A stretch of 64,000 nucleotides of DNA. It comes from Antedon mediterranea (lineage: Eukaryota > Animalia > Echinodermata). Below the pieces are notes generated by a model that was not told the origin of the DNA, made no database searches, and saw only the letters and a list, made by a program, of their open reading frames with translations. Location of the stretch: NCBI RefSeq assembly GCF_964355755.1, contig NC_092671.1:20832001-20896000 (forward strand), in the 5' to 3' direction. The position numbers and the translations under genes are program-made. Positions 38,215 through 48,714 of the stretch are shown piece by piece. How positions within the stretch are numbered: the first letter of the stretch is position 1; the number at the start of each line of letters is the position of its first letter.

Positions 38215-39569
38215 CTAGATTTAATTCGTCACTATGACGAATTATAGGTTATATGCATTGATTTAAATAAAGATAATCGATTTTTAAAAGATATATTGAT
38301 TGATTGATTTTCTCAGAATCTTTAATTATTTATAATATATGATAGGACCTTGCTAACGCGAACACCATAGCCGGTATCACAATCCGATCAAAGATCCATA
38401 TGCGTATAATGTCATAAACCACATTTGTTGTTACATAATAATAAAGACATGAGTTAATTTTTATCTAGATTTCATTATAAATCATGTGTATAATCTATAC
38501 ACTAAGAAATAAATTTGAACAAACAATACGGATAATAAAAAAAAATCTTATTTCGTTTCCCAAGGTGAGACTCGATCTCGGTACCTTGAATGCCATAGAC
38601 ACGAGCACAGACCATTGAGCCATACACAACTGACTGAAGTTGTAGAAAGATTCCTCCGTGTATTTACTATGCAGTAACCACTTTGGTGCAAATAGATTAT
38701 TACATACCGAAATGAATTATAATTTTTTACTATGATGACATCTTTAAAATGTAAACAAATGATGCCCTGTCAAACTATATACTTTTAACTTTAATATATG
38801 AACTTTTGAAGGAAGAAAGTTAATGTTAAGTTTGTTATTTTGGCCTAAGAAAATTTTATAATTTGTTTGATTGTCGAAATTAATTTTGTTAAATTTAATA
38901 TGCCATTAATGATGACTTAATCAACTTTTGTTCTTCTAATTTCATAATAAATCATACATATGATACATACACTTCAAGAAAATGAAATAAAAAATAGGTG
39001 TTCCCCTGCATTCTGACGATATATATTAATTTTAAAATTTAGCATATTTTCACCATTTTGTTAACTTATACGTGCGTAGCCAGTCACTTTTGACGTGCTC
39101 GTATAATGCGTGCAAAAATCTGCCCACTCATGGCAATTTTTTAAACGCTTAAAATTGCAGTACTCTAATTTCAACGAAAATAAATGTTGACAATTTTGAA
39201 CATTTTAAGCACGCGTACGCAAGCGTTATATGCGCTACGCACGTAATTGTATTGCCATATGATGAAATTTGACCTGAAATTTATGAGTAACAAATTTTGT
39301 TTAATTGTGATTCATGCTTGTGAAGATATGATTACAAACGTGATTTTCGTAAAATCGCGCGTAGACCGCGTAATTTTTGATTGCGCATTGTGAAAATATA
39401 ACCACATCGATTCCTGGCCATAAGGAATATACTCTGAAAACTTGACTTAGCTAGATGAAACTGATGCCAAGATAATTCACGGACAAAATAGTGCTAAGGA
39501 AAGAATAAATAAATAAACAAAGATTCTGACAGAATCAAGAGGTTATATGCATTAATGCATATAACCTAA
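38215..39569 (-). mobile_element. Complete Helentron-type non-autonomous element (family B)
   Basis: Minus strand: TT-AGGTTATATGCATT/AATGCATATAACCT palindrome ... AATGCATATAACCT-ATAATTCGTCA-tag-TGACGAATTA-AATCTAG-TTT; no TSD; excision restores LINE 'NCK|LLK'. Further fragments at 34685-34830 and 40805-41160. Confidence 0.9.
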
Positions 39570-40838
39570 TTATTAAAGTGTCCTGTTGTATGTGAAACTC
39601 TCACATATATATGTAATTGTTCTTTGTTCACCTCAACTTTTCGATCTGATTGGAAAATTGCAAAGGTTACCTCTATTTTTAAAGAAGGTGACAAATCTGA
39701 TGTAAATAACTATCGCCCAATTTCTGTCTTAACAAGGATTAATATTTTAAACCCATCACAATCTGGTTTTAGAAAGAAACATTCCACAAATACAACACTT
39801 TAGATGTATCTGACTATATTCTAAATAATTATAATGATGGTAATGAACTGCTGTAATTTTTTTAGATTTTAAAAAAGCTTTTGATACTGTTATCACAAGT
39901 TACTTATTGCTAAATTTAAGGAAATTGGTATATATAATGATGCCCTAAATTGGTTTATTTCATATCTAAGTTATAGATCACAAGTTGTAAATGTAAATAG
40001 TTCAATTTCTGATTTAAGAGAAATTGACATTGGAATTCCACAGGGCTCTATTTTAGGTCCTTTGTTATTTATTATATATGTAAATTCTCTTCCTGATGCT
40101 GTTGATTGTAAATGTGTTATGTACGCTGATGATACCACTCTATTATGTAGCTCCTCAAATCCTGTAACTCTGCAAAACAATCTAAACTCAAATTGTTGTA
40201 AAATATCAAAATGGTTAGATAACAACAGATTGACTTTGAATGTTAAAAAAACTAAACTTATGGTATTAAAGAGTGGAATCATTTAAGTATTTAGGTGTTA
40301 TATTTGATACTAAATTGACATGGAAGGATCAAATAAATAGTGTATCATCAAAAGTTTCTAAACAAATAGGGGTAATACGGTGTGTGAAATACTACTTGCC
40401 ATCTCATACAACTATTATGCTGGCAAATTCTCTTGTAATGCCATTGTTTGACTATTGTAGTGCTGTATGGACTAATTGTACAAATCAAACTTTAAATACA
40501 CTTCAAATATTATTAAATAGATTAGGTAGAGTTTTGTTATCCGCAGATATATATACACCAATAAATGATATTTTTAAAACACTTAATTGGGTTACACTAA
40601 ATGAAAGATGGAGGAAACATCTACTATTTACAACTTTCAAATGCATTAATGGCCATTCACATCATATTTATCCTCAATGTTTAAGTTTAATGACTCCCTC
40701 GTAGCCAAAGTTGTAAAACATTAATAACACCAAATTGGAAAAATGCTCAAGGTACTAAAATAGCTTAAAATACAGAGCAACAAAAGAATGGAATCTTTTA
40801 CCAACACTAAGAAATAAAATTGAACAAACAACACGGAT

Positions 40839-41015
40839 CAGGGAATAATTTCGCCAGTGTAGCATAGCAAAAAGCTATACAAAACAACCTTATTGCTACA
40901 CATTTCTAAAATTGTGTAGCAAAAAAAGACAATACAAAACTATGTTTCTTGACTAAAAAATCAGTTTGATTAGCAATAATTGCTAAACAAAATTTTAAAA
41001 TGAAATTTTTTCCTG
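40839..41015. mobile_element. 177-bp MITE with 5-bp TSD
   Basis: CGGAT|CAGGGAATAATTTC ... GAAATTTTTTCCTG|CGGAT; the homologous empty site is at ~38525. Confidence 0.75.
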
Positions 41016-41614
41016 CGGATAGACAATTATCTTATTTTGTTTCATCTCCAACGTGAGACTCGATCTCGGTACCTTGAATGCTATAGGCGCGAGCACAAAC
41101 CACCGAGCTATGCACGTATTTGTATTGCCATATGATGAAATATGACCTGAAAATTATGATCGCATAATACTACTCTATAGGCTAGCCTAGGCTAGACCCA
41201 TGTCTAAATCGCAAAGCAATATATGTATTATTAGCCTATAGAGGCTGAGTAACTAGGCCTACTAGAGAAGCTTTGATCAGTGACCTACCTTTTTAATAAA
41301 ACAGATTTGCGCCTTTCCCCTTTAGTGTTACCATTGTTGACACCTCAGTTTTGGTTTTGCAGATATTGACCAAAGTTATTCATGCAAGTAGCGAAAAATG
41401 GGCGTACCGTAACCTTCCTCATCACGTTACTAATATGTCTAGATTTTGGTATCCACTTTATACATATGTGGTCACCTATACCAATTTGTGCCAAAGGGAT
41501 CGATGGTTATAGTAGTTCCAACTAGTTGGACCAATTGAAAACCAGTTGGAAAAACCATCAGACAAGTTGAGAAAAACCATTTGACCTAATTCAGTTGAAA
41601 ACCAGTTAGACTAA

Positions 41615-42425
41615 AGCCCCTTTCTCACAGACGTGCCTGCAATATACCGGTATGATGCTGGCGTCGTGCCGGTATCGATACCGGCATATACACATTCTCA
41701 TCGGACTATCGTGCCGGCAATATAACCGGTATATACCGGCTTTCTGTGAGAAAGTAGTCGGGCATACTCAGCCAATAAAAAGTCTGACAAAATAAGTATT
41801 GAGGGCGTCCTTTATTGTTATTATTTTTGTCTAGTGATATGGCGGCGAATTTTAAGTTACAGATTATTGTCTTCCTTTATTGCATATTTATGCAATACAT
41901 GCTATGTACAGTATATTGTGCATATATTATTTGTTTTTGTCTTTAATTTACATGGTACCTGGCCGTTTTCAGCTTACGACTTGTTTTTTTTGTCCGTTTT
42001 ACGCCAACTACAGCCAGCTTGCAAACAATATTAACTTTAAACAGCTCCCGACCTTATTGCTCCATCCATTTGTCTACACATTTCTTCTTGTCCCCTTATT
42101 TTAAGCAGCTCTCTTATCTCATTATCCCTCCAGTTTAACATTATTATTGTCAATTGAATTGGCGCCAAAGTGATACACTTGACCGCGCAAGGTGTCAAAG
42201 CCCCGACGGAATTAAAATATAACGGCGTTACGTTCTCACAGAATGCTCGTCTCACATTGCGGGGAATATTCCTAGTAATATTACTAGGTCTAAAGCAGGT
42301 CATGTCGATGCCGGCATGATACCGGCATGATGCCAAGACGACCCGTTCTTACAGAAAACCATACCGGCATGGTAATGGTATATTCCCGCAACATTCCTGG
42401 GACACAGCTCTGTGAGAAAGGGGCT
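41615..42425 (-). mobile_element. PIF/Harbinger-derived MITE
   Basis: TAA|AGCCCCTTTCTCACAG ... CTGTGAGAAAGGGGCT|TAA; internal (A/G)CCGG(T/C)AT repeats; Myb/SANT-like remnant MLNWRDNEIRELLKIRGQEE. Confidence 0.88.
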
Positions 42426-43052
42426 TAATTGGAATTTTAAACTGGTTTGCCGGATTTAACTATTATGTCAGACTCTCTCACTTTTCTTTGAACACTGATA
42501 TTACATTTTAACCCTACCTTTGGTATATAGGCAATCTAGCATTTTGAGTGAAACAAATTGCAAACAGAGATTTTTGTTTTTTTTATTAAATTTGATGTGA
42601 GCACTTCTGTCACTCATCCTGATGATATGCCAATTATGGAAATTATGGTGAAATTACAGGTTTACTAAAACTACTAGTCAGAAAGAGTTGATTTGTCAAT
42701 GATTTATTCAGAATGTATAATGTTTATATTTGCTTTAATGAAACATTTTAGAAAAAAAAAGGAGTGAAAGTATGCAAATTAGTAGTACAAGTTAAATGAA
42801 ATATGCAAATAAGGAGGTGAAATAACAGTCATCTCATATCTCGAAAACCACTAATGCTAGAGAGTTGAATTTTTCACAACTTTCTAGCATTAAAGATATA
42901 TTGTCCCCCTAAAATAATTTTTACAAATATTTTTGTTCAATAGTCCAAAAAATCAACAACAAAATAAACAGCCAACAGCTAGCAATGCCTGAGAATGCCG
43001 TACCGCATGACGTTTAAGGAAATTCTGTGACCAGCCATGAATGCCTAATTAA

Positions 43053-44148
43053 AATGAACCTGAAATGGACTTTCGATTTTCAAGAAATTCACACATGTTA
43101 TTTAAATGTATCAAATTAACACAAGCCCATACAAATAAAAACAAAATGTATAGTATTTTGAGAAAAAACGAAATTTTAAGATACCTTGGTAAATTAGCGA
43201 AAATTACTCACGCCATTGCCGTCGGAAGCCTCTATATTCACGACGTCACATATACACACGACGATATCGAGAGCGTGTATGCCGCCCGATAATCTAGTCA
43301 GTGAATGATCGACGGCGGGCTGGAAAGATACGCGAAGCGTTGACACCAATACTAATTTATTCAATATCTAATGTTGTTGAAATATAGGTCCCTAAAATGT
43401 ACTTTGTTTTTTCTAAAACCCAAATTTAGAAGGCCTACCTCCCAAACCTTTACTAGGCCTAGGCCTCCAGCGCGCGGAGTCGATCCACATGCGAGGCTCC
43501 GTTTCATGTGTATCCAAGCAAGGACCAAAGCGATATCAACAAGTTGCTGCTTATTGTCAAGCCAAATTAAAATATAAATAAAATTCGTTTTCGAACTGCC
43601 TGATTCGTGACAAATAAATTATCATCTCATATATTCATAATTTAATTCTGCTAAACTAAAAACTAAAGAAACTTTAGCAGTATAAATTACGAAAGATATA
43701 CAAAATACACAAACGGAAAATATGGATACGCATCATTGCACATGGCGCTGTATCCCGGACAACGTTGCCAGGCTAACTTCGGTATTGCCAGAAAAAAACA
43801 GTTGATTTGAAGATTTTAAATCGTCATTTACTCGATGAATAACCGTTTATACGGTAATAAATTTATCTAAAAAAATTCTAAATACGTTTCTGCAAATGCA
43901 CAAGCATTTTTTAGAAAATACTCCATAGATTTCAAGAGTTATAGCCAAAAAACTGCAAATTGTCCATTGGAAGGATAGGAATATATTCGCAAAGTGACGT
44001 CACCCGCGAATTTTTTTAATTTTCAAATGGGGCTTTCCCCAAAAGGGCGAATTTATATTTTATAACAATATACATTCCAGCAACACCTAATAGCCCCAAA
44101 AACATCATTCTAAAATGAAAAAAATCGAAAATCCATTTCAGGTCCATT
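43053..44148. mobile_element. Kolobok-like non-autonomous transposon
   Basis: TTAA|AATGAACCTGAAATGGA.TTTCGATTTT ... AAAATCGAAAATCCATTTCAGGTCCATT|TTAA. Confidence 0.8.
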
Positions 44149-44410
44149 TTAACAGATGTGTTACAAACATGTTTTTGAGAGCCATTTATGTACACTCATT
44201 AATGGTGAGCTAGTGAAGCACACAACTTCTAAAGTGTAAGATTGCAGAGGTTTAACTATATCATTTATAAATGTCAGTGTATAATCAGAAGAATAACACT
44301 TTACCAAATATTGCAGTCACCAAATGACATTTAGAACAGCCTAGAGAATGAAAAGTTCTCAGGGAATTAGATGGCCAGAATCATTTTTAATATAACAAAC
44401 AAAAACTTAC

Positions 44411-44515
44411 CGAACATATTTCTTTACAGGTTTCAACTGAGAATAGTCAACCGATTTTGATGCACAACAATAAACATTACCATCAATTTCATATGATCTC
44501 ACACTGACAAAATCC
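44411..44515 (-). CDS. STARD3: STARD3 exon: START domain (RDFV)
   Basis: ttgctAG/GTaagt; 105 nt, phase 2-2; (R)DFVSVRSYEIDGNVYCCASKSVDYSQLKPVKKYV(R). Confidence 0.93.
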
Positions 44516-44972
44516 CTAGCAATACGTACATAAAAAGGAAAATAAAAAAGATACTAGACAATTTAAATAATCTGGTTGTTGAAATATCATACTAGGCTAG
44601 GCAATCTAGCATTCTGAGTGAAACAAATTGAATACAAAGATTTTTCTTTTTTAGATGGTCACATACTTTATGATGATCAAAGTTTGAGCATCATACCTGT
44701 CACTCATTCCAATGATATGCAAATTAGTTTAAATAAATTAAGGTGAAATTACAGGGTTACCATATCTAAAAAAATAATAGAAGTCTTGGCAAGATTACAT
44801 TTATTATATTGTCAAAAAGTTTTAATTTGAGGATCTATTTTTTAAAGCAACTTAACTGAGCTGGTTGTAATGTTTTTAGATCAGAATATGCATTGAGAAA
44901 CTTCCGAAACATGCAGTTGGTTGAATACATCAGGGAGTCCCCTACAGGGAGGATAAGGAATTCCTTAGAATA

Positions 44973-45733
44973 AGGCCTGTTTCTGCTTAGCAGGAATAAT
45001 CGTTTATTAATCGTTTATTTTTGGTCAGCAGAAACGGTGCAAAATGAAATAAAAACACTCAATCCATTACATGTTTTAACTGACCTCTAGGGTATGGCAA
45101 CCCTCACGCACAAAGCATGCTGTTTATTTGCGCGATCGAGGACTATCAGCAAAACAACGACGTGGACCGATGAGATAACATTTGATTGTTAATGTTATTA
45201 TTTTGTGGGGGAGAATTATACAGAGAGATTCCAGGATTCTGTGTTACAAGTACACCGTTACATCCGACCAGTCCAGGCTAACAATGTTTTGCATGTCCTT
45301 TATAGGCCTGTTGTTTTCGGTAGAAATTATAGTCTAGCTACTGTAGGCCCTAGGGTAGAACCAACGGCGAAACGAACTTTCTCGCCGACGTGCCCTTATT
45401 AATATAACATCATTATTTTGTTGTACGTGGTACGGTAGTAGGCCTAGATGTTTATTTTACAAATAATATAGCTTTACTTAAGAGTTCAATTTTTAATTTT
45501 TAATCCTACATGTGTGAGAGTTTTATGCAGCGATAGGATGTAAACAAACCAACTCTCATCGGCCTTCCATAACTTGAACTGCGTTGTGGGTATGGATGAC
45601 GTGATTTTTAAAAAGCGATTACCAGATAACCGATTAACGTCGGAGAACATTTTCAGTTGCAACGCGGTCAATTCTGTGGTTTGTGGTACTTAAGAAAAAT
45701 CAATTATTTTTATTTTTAAGCAGAAACAGACCC
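44973..45733 (+). mobile_element. PIF/Harbinger-derived MITE
   Basis: ATA|AGGCCTGTTTCTGCTTA ... TAAGCAGAAACAGACCC|TTA; TIR related to the 9197 element; remnant TTWTDEIT near 45155. Confidence 0.72.
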
Positions 45734-46205
45734 TTAGACTACCCTATCTCAAGGACCCTACCTCAGGAAGTAATTCACAAAACTGAAGGGTGGTCTGAGG
45801 AACCCTTCCTCCTGGTAATTGATCGATATATGAGAATTGAGAATTAATAATATATTATAAAAAAAATACTAAATCGACAGATAATTTTCAATACTTGTAA
45901 CTCAAACACATGATTCACAGCGCCTGTTTTATATTATATCATAATACTTTATATATTTAAGATGACTTGGTTTATATTTTAATGTAATTTTCATATGCCG
46001 TAATGTGAATTTGTATTTCAAATATTTTATTACTATTTTGCTATTTTAATATTGTAAATTCAACAATGCTTACCTTGTTGCAATAAAGAATTTGAATTGA
46101 ATTGTGTAACAATGGAAAAACTGGGTTTGCAGATGTCACCAATGAGGTTGCATTTAAATAAAAAATGGTCAGGATCATTTGAAAAAGATGATATATTATA
46201 TATAC

Positions 46206-46381
46206 CTGCTGGAAATTACCCCACCAGCACCTTCAGCAGCAACGCTGTAAACAATGTCAGCAGAAGAAGTAATCGAATGAAGAAGTCGGCATTCAATAAC
46301 GGTAGTATTCCATTTTACTGTGTCATCAATACCATTCCACAACACATTAAATATTTCCTGAACACTTGCATTTATAGTGGC
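46206..46381 (-). CDS. STARD3: STARD3 exon: START domain
   Basis: tttcacAG/GTat; 176 nt; ATINASVQEIFNVLWNGIDDTVKWNTTVIECRLLHSITSSADIVYSVAAEGAGGVISS(R), with the typical WN.TV and AGG.IS.R motifs. Confidence 0.93.
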
Positions 46382-46556
46382 CTGTGAAATATAAGTATTT
46401 CTTGGGCGTATATCTCTACTATATACAAAAGGTCAATAGACATAAACGCAATTAATTTTTGGACAAAAGCCTAATAAGGAGTGAAATAAAAAATTACATT
46501 TAGAATTACGATTTACAACATCCAGTTTTAACATGAAAAGAGAACACAAGATTAAA

Positions 46557-48706
46557 CTAGATTTGAACTCGTCACTTTGACAAGTTTACTGCACGACAAA
46601 CGCCATATGTACATCATACTTTAGAATACTAGAGGGTGAGCTCGCTTCGCTCGCTCCCCCTCTAGGAAGTGTAGACGATGGTTCTCGGAATGATAATGTT
46701 CTCCTTATACATTTTCTGTCGGTTACCATTATTGAAAATGCTTGACATTCGTAAAACTAAACTACTTTGTTTCACAGTGTTTTAGATGATTAATAACATT
46801 TTAAAGTATAGTTTTTATTGTTTGGTAGGGCCCTTTGGGGAGGCGGAGGTCATTTGAGGGAGGTGCTTATTCGAGGGATATATGTTAAATTTTTTAGTTC
46901 TAATAATATGGTAACATTTATAATCAAATGAAATCCTCTCATAGATATGAAAAGTGGTAAAAAAGAATAACAAATGCTTGGTAAATTGCAGATAACAGTG
47001 CGGTGAATTCTACTACAAATAGTATAATTGTGTTATTATAAATATGTGGATGGACGTTTATTAGATAGTTGGGTTGTGGGGGAGGGGGGTGTTATTATTC
47101 AAAGTGATGTTTTATTGGAGAGGCGTTTATTCAAATGAATACCATCCTTTTAATTATTAATACATTATTTAATTTAATCATCTTTTGAAACTAACTGCCG
47201 TGACAGAGTGGGCCCAAGAAAGAAGACATTACGGCTTGCAACATGGGCAGACATCTCGGTCCTAACGGGACACAGGAAGATAGCCTACAGTTATTCCTGC
47301 AAGCTTACTCAATAAAACTCAGCTATCGGGATTTCACTCGAAAAATGTAATTTTATAATACTATTCCCCACAATATATTCTGATTCTTTATGGCGTATAT
47401 TTAATTTGATATTTATTAATTTGCAGTATAATTCCTATTATTTAACTACTGTACCTTCACACACGTGTGGTATGTTTTAAAATAAACAAAAAACTGAAAT
47501 GGCTATGATTAATGGCCAATTTTTTTTTTCGTCTTCCAAAGGGACACTGTATTGATTGATGGAAAGTGCCTGTTTCCAGTCACCTTTAGGGTCAAATCTA
47601 TTATTTTAACTGCTCCCTTGTGTATAAAAGAGAGAAAATATTTGAAACTAAGGTGAACTTATCTTAAACCCGGAAATTACTTTGACCGGGAAGAATTGAA
47701 ATTGAGAGGAAAATCTAATGTTGAAATCATAAATGTTGTTAAAAAACTCTTTATAATATCTTCCTAAGATATAAATATGGAACAATAGCGTCGGCGTGCA
47801 CACTAATGTTATCAAATCTACGTTTCGCGGTACATCTCGGATAGATAAGGTAGGTATCCAAGGCGGAGATTTGTAACGAAGTTTTTGCATTGTGCTCGCC
47901 TATGTCAGAATTAACCATAATTTATATATAGATTGCGCAAAGAAAAAAGATTATAGCATTATGACCTGAAGAAAATAAAATGTGTGCTGTCTATTTTTTG
48001 TCTAACAGTATACACTATATACTGTATACATACTACATACAGTTTAGCTTAGGTAAAATTAAGTGACCCCTCTTTTATTCCAAGCAACAACATATTAACG
48101 TTTTGAAGAAATTTGGATACGTAGACTAAAGATGCACGCTCTTTTAAATGTTACACAAAAGAGGAAAATTCAACTGGCCATATGATGAAGTCACAAAATC
48201 GATACAAAAAAATATTTACATAAATTCATATCTTTTTTTTTTGCATGAATTTGTATCTACAATTCAACAGCTTCCAGAAAACGTTTTAATAATGAATGTC
48301 TATTTATTCTGATTTCCACTTGAAATGACTTCATATGAATTAGACAGTTTGCATGCGATTTAGTTAAAAATGTAAAAAAATATTGTAAAAATCATGCCTA
48401 TTTTTATTCTATTATAGCTCCTCTGGATCAACCATGAGCCCAATTTTTTTAAATCTTATAATGCAAGTAGATAAGTTGTAGATATAAATGCTTTTTATAC
48501 TCCGAGTGCACCGTACGCGTACAAAATGCCATGATTCGCATAGAAAGTTGATTAGAAATTAATTTTTCGCATTTTAAAATTTTAAATGCTTGTGTGAGCG
48601 TAAATTTGTGTGAACCAGAATATTGACTCTCGATATGAATTAAACTTCATAAATCGTGCGCAACTCGGAAGTTAAAAAAAAATAGAAGCACAACTTCACG
48701 TAAATG
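46557..48706 (-). mobile_element. Family A Helentron-type copy interrupted by a Helitron
   Basis: 3' end aaCTAGatttgaactcgtcactttgac at 46557; family sequence 'gaata|ttgc.ca.agaaaaaagattat' is split at 46628/47933. Confidence 0.75.
46629..47932 (-). mobile_element. Canonical non-autonomous Helitron
   Basis: Minus strand A|TCTATATATAA ... hairpin CTAGAGGG.GAGC..GCTC.CCCTCTAG|T; 5'-TC and CTAG-3' ends, AT target, no TSD. Confidence 0.85.
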
Positions 48707-48714
48707 AGATAATA

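Larger units (their letters stand above)
34850..40810 (+). mobile_element. CR1-like LINE with SGNH-esterase and zinc-knuckle ORF1 plus RT, split by two Helentron insertions
   Basis: ORF1 LLISDSMLKH..MRGATI..IIHVGTND..GLLLN..GT (34850-35462) continues YSRSS..CYNYCNEPGHVSHAC (37933-38030); ORF2 GLDGINCK|LLK, NYRPISVL, QSGFRK.HST, DFKKAFDTV, GIPQGSILGPLLF, YADDT, FKYLGV, FDYC. Confidence 0.88.

Noticed and set aside
38556-38625. Functional tRNA gene
   Set aside because: The B box deviates (GATCGA), I could not fold a convincing cloverleaf, and it is embedded in a repeat; treated as a tRNA-derived module.
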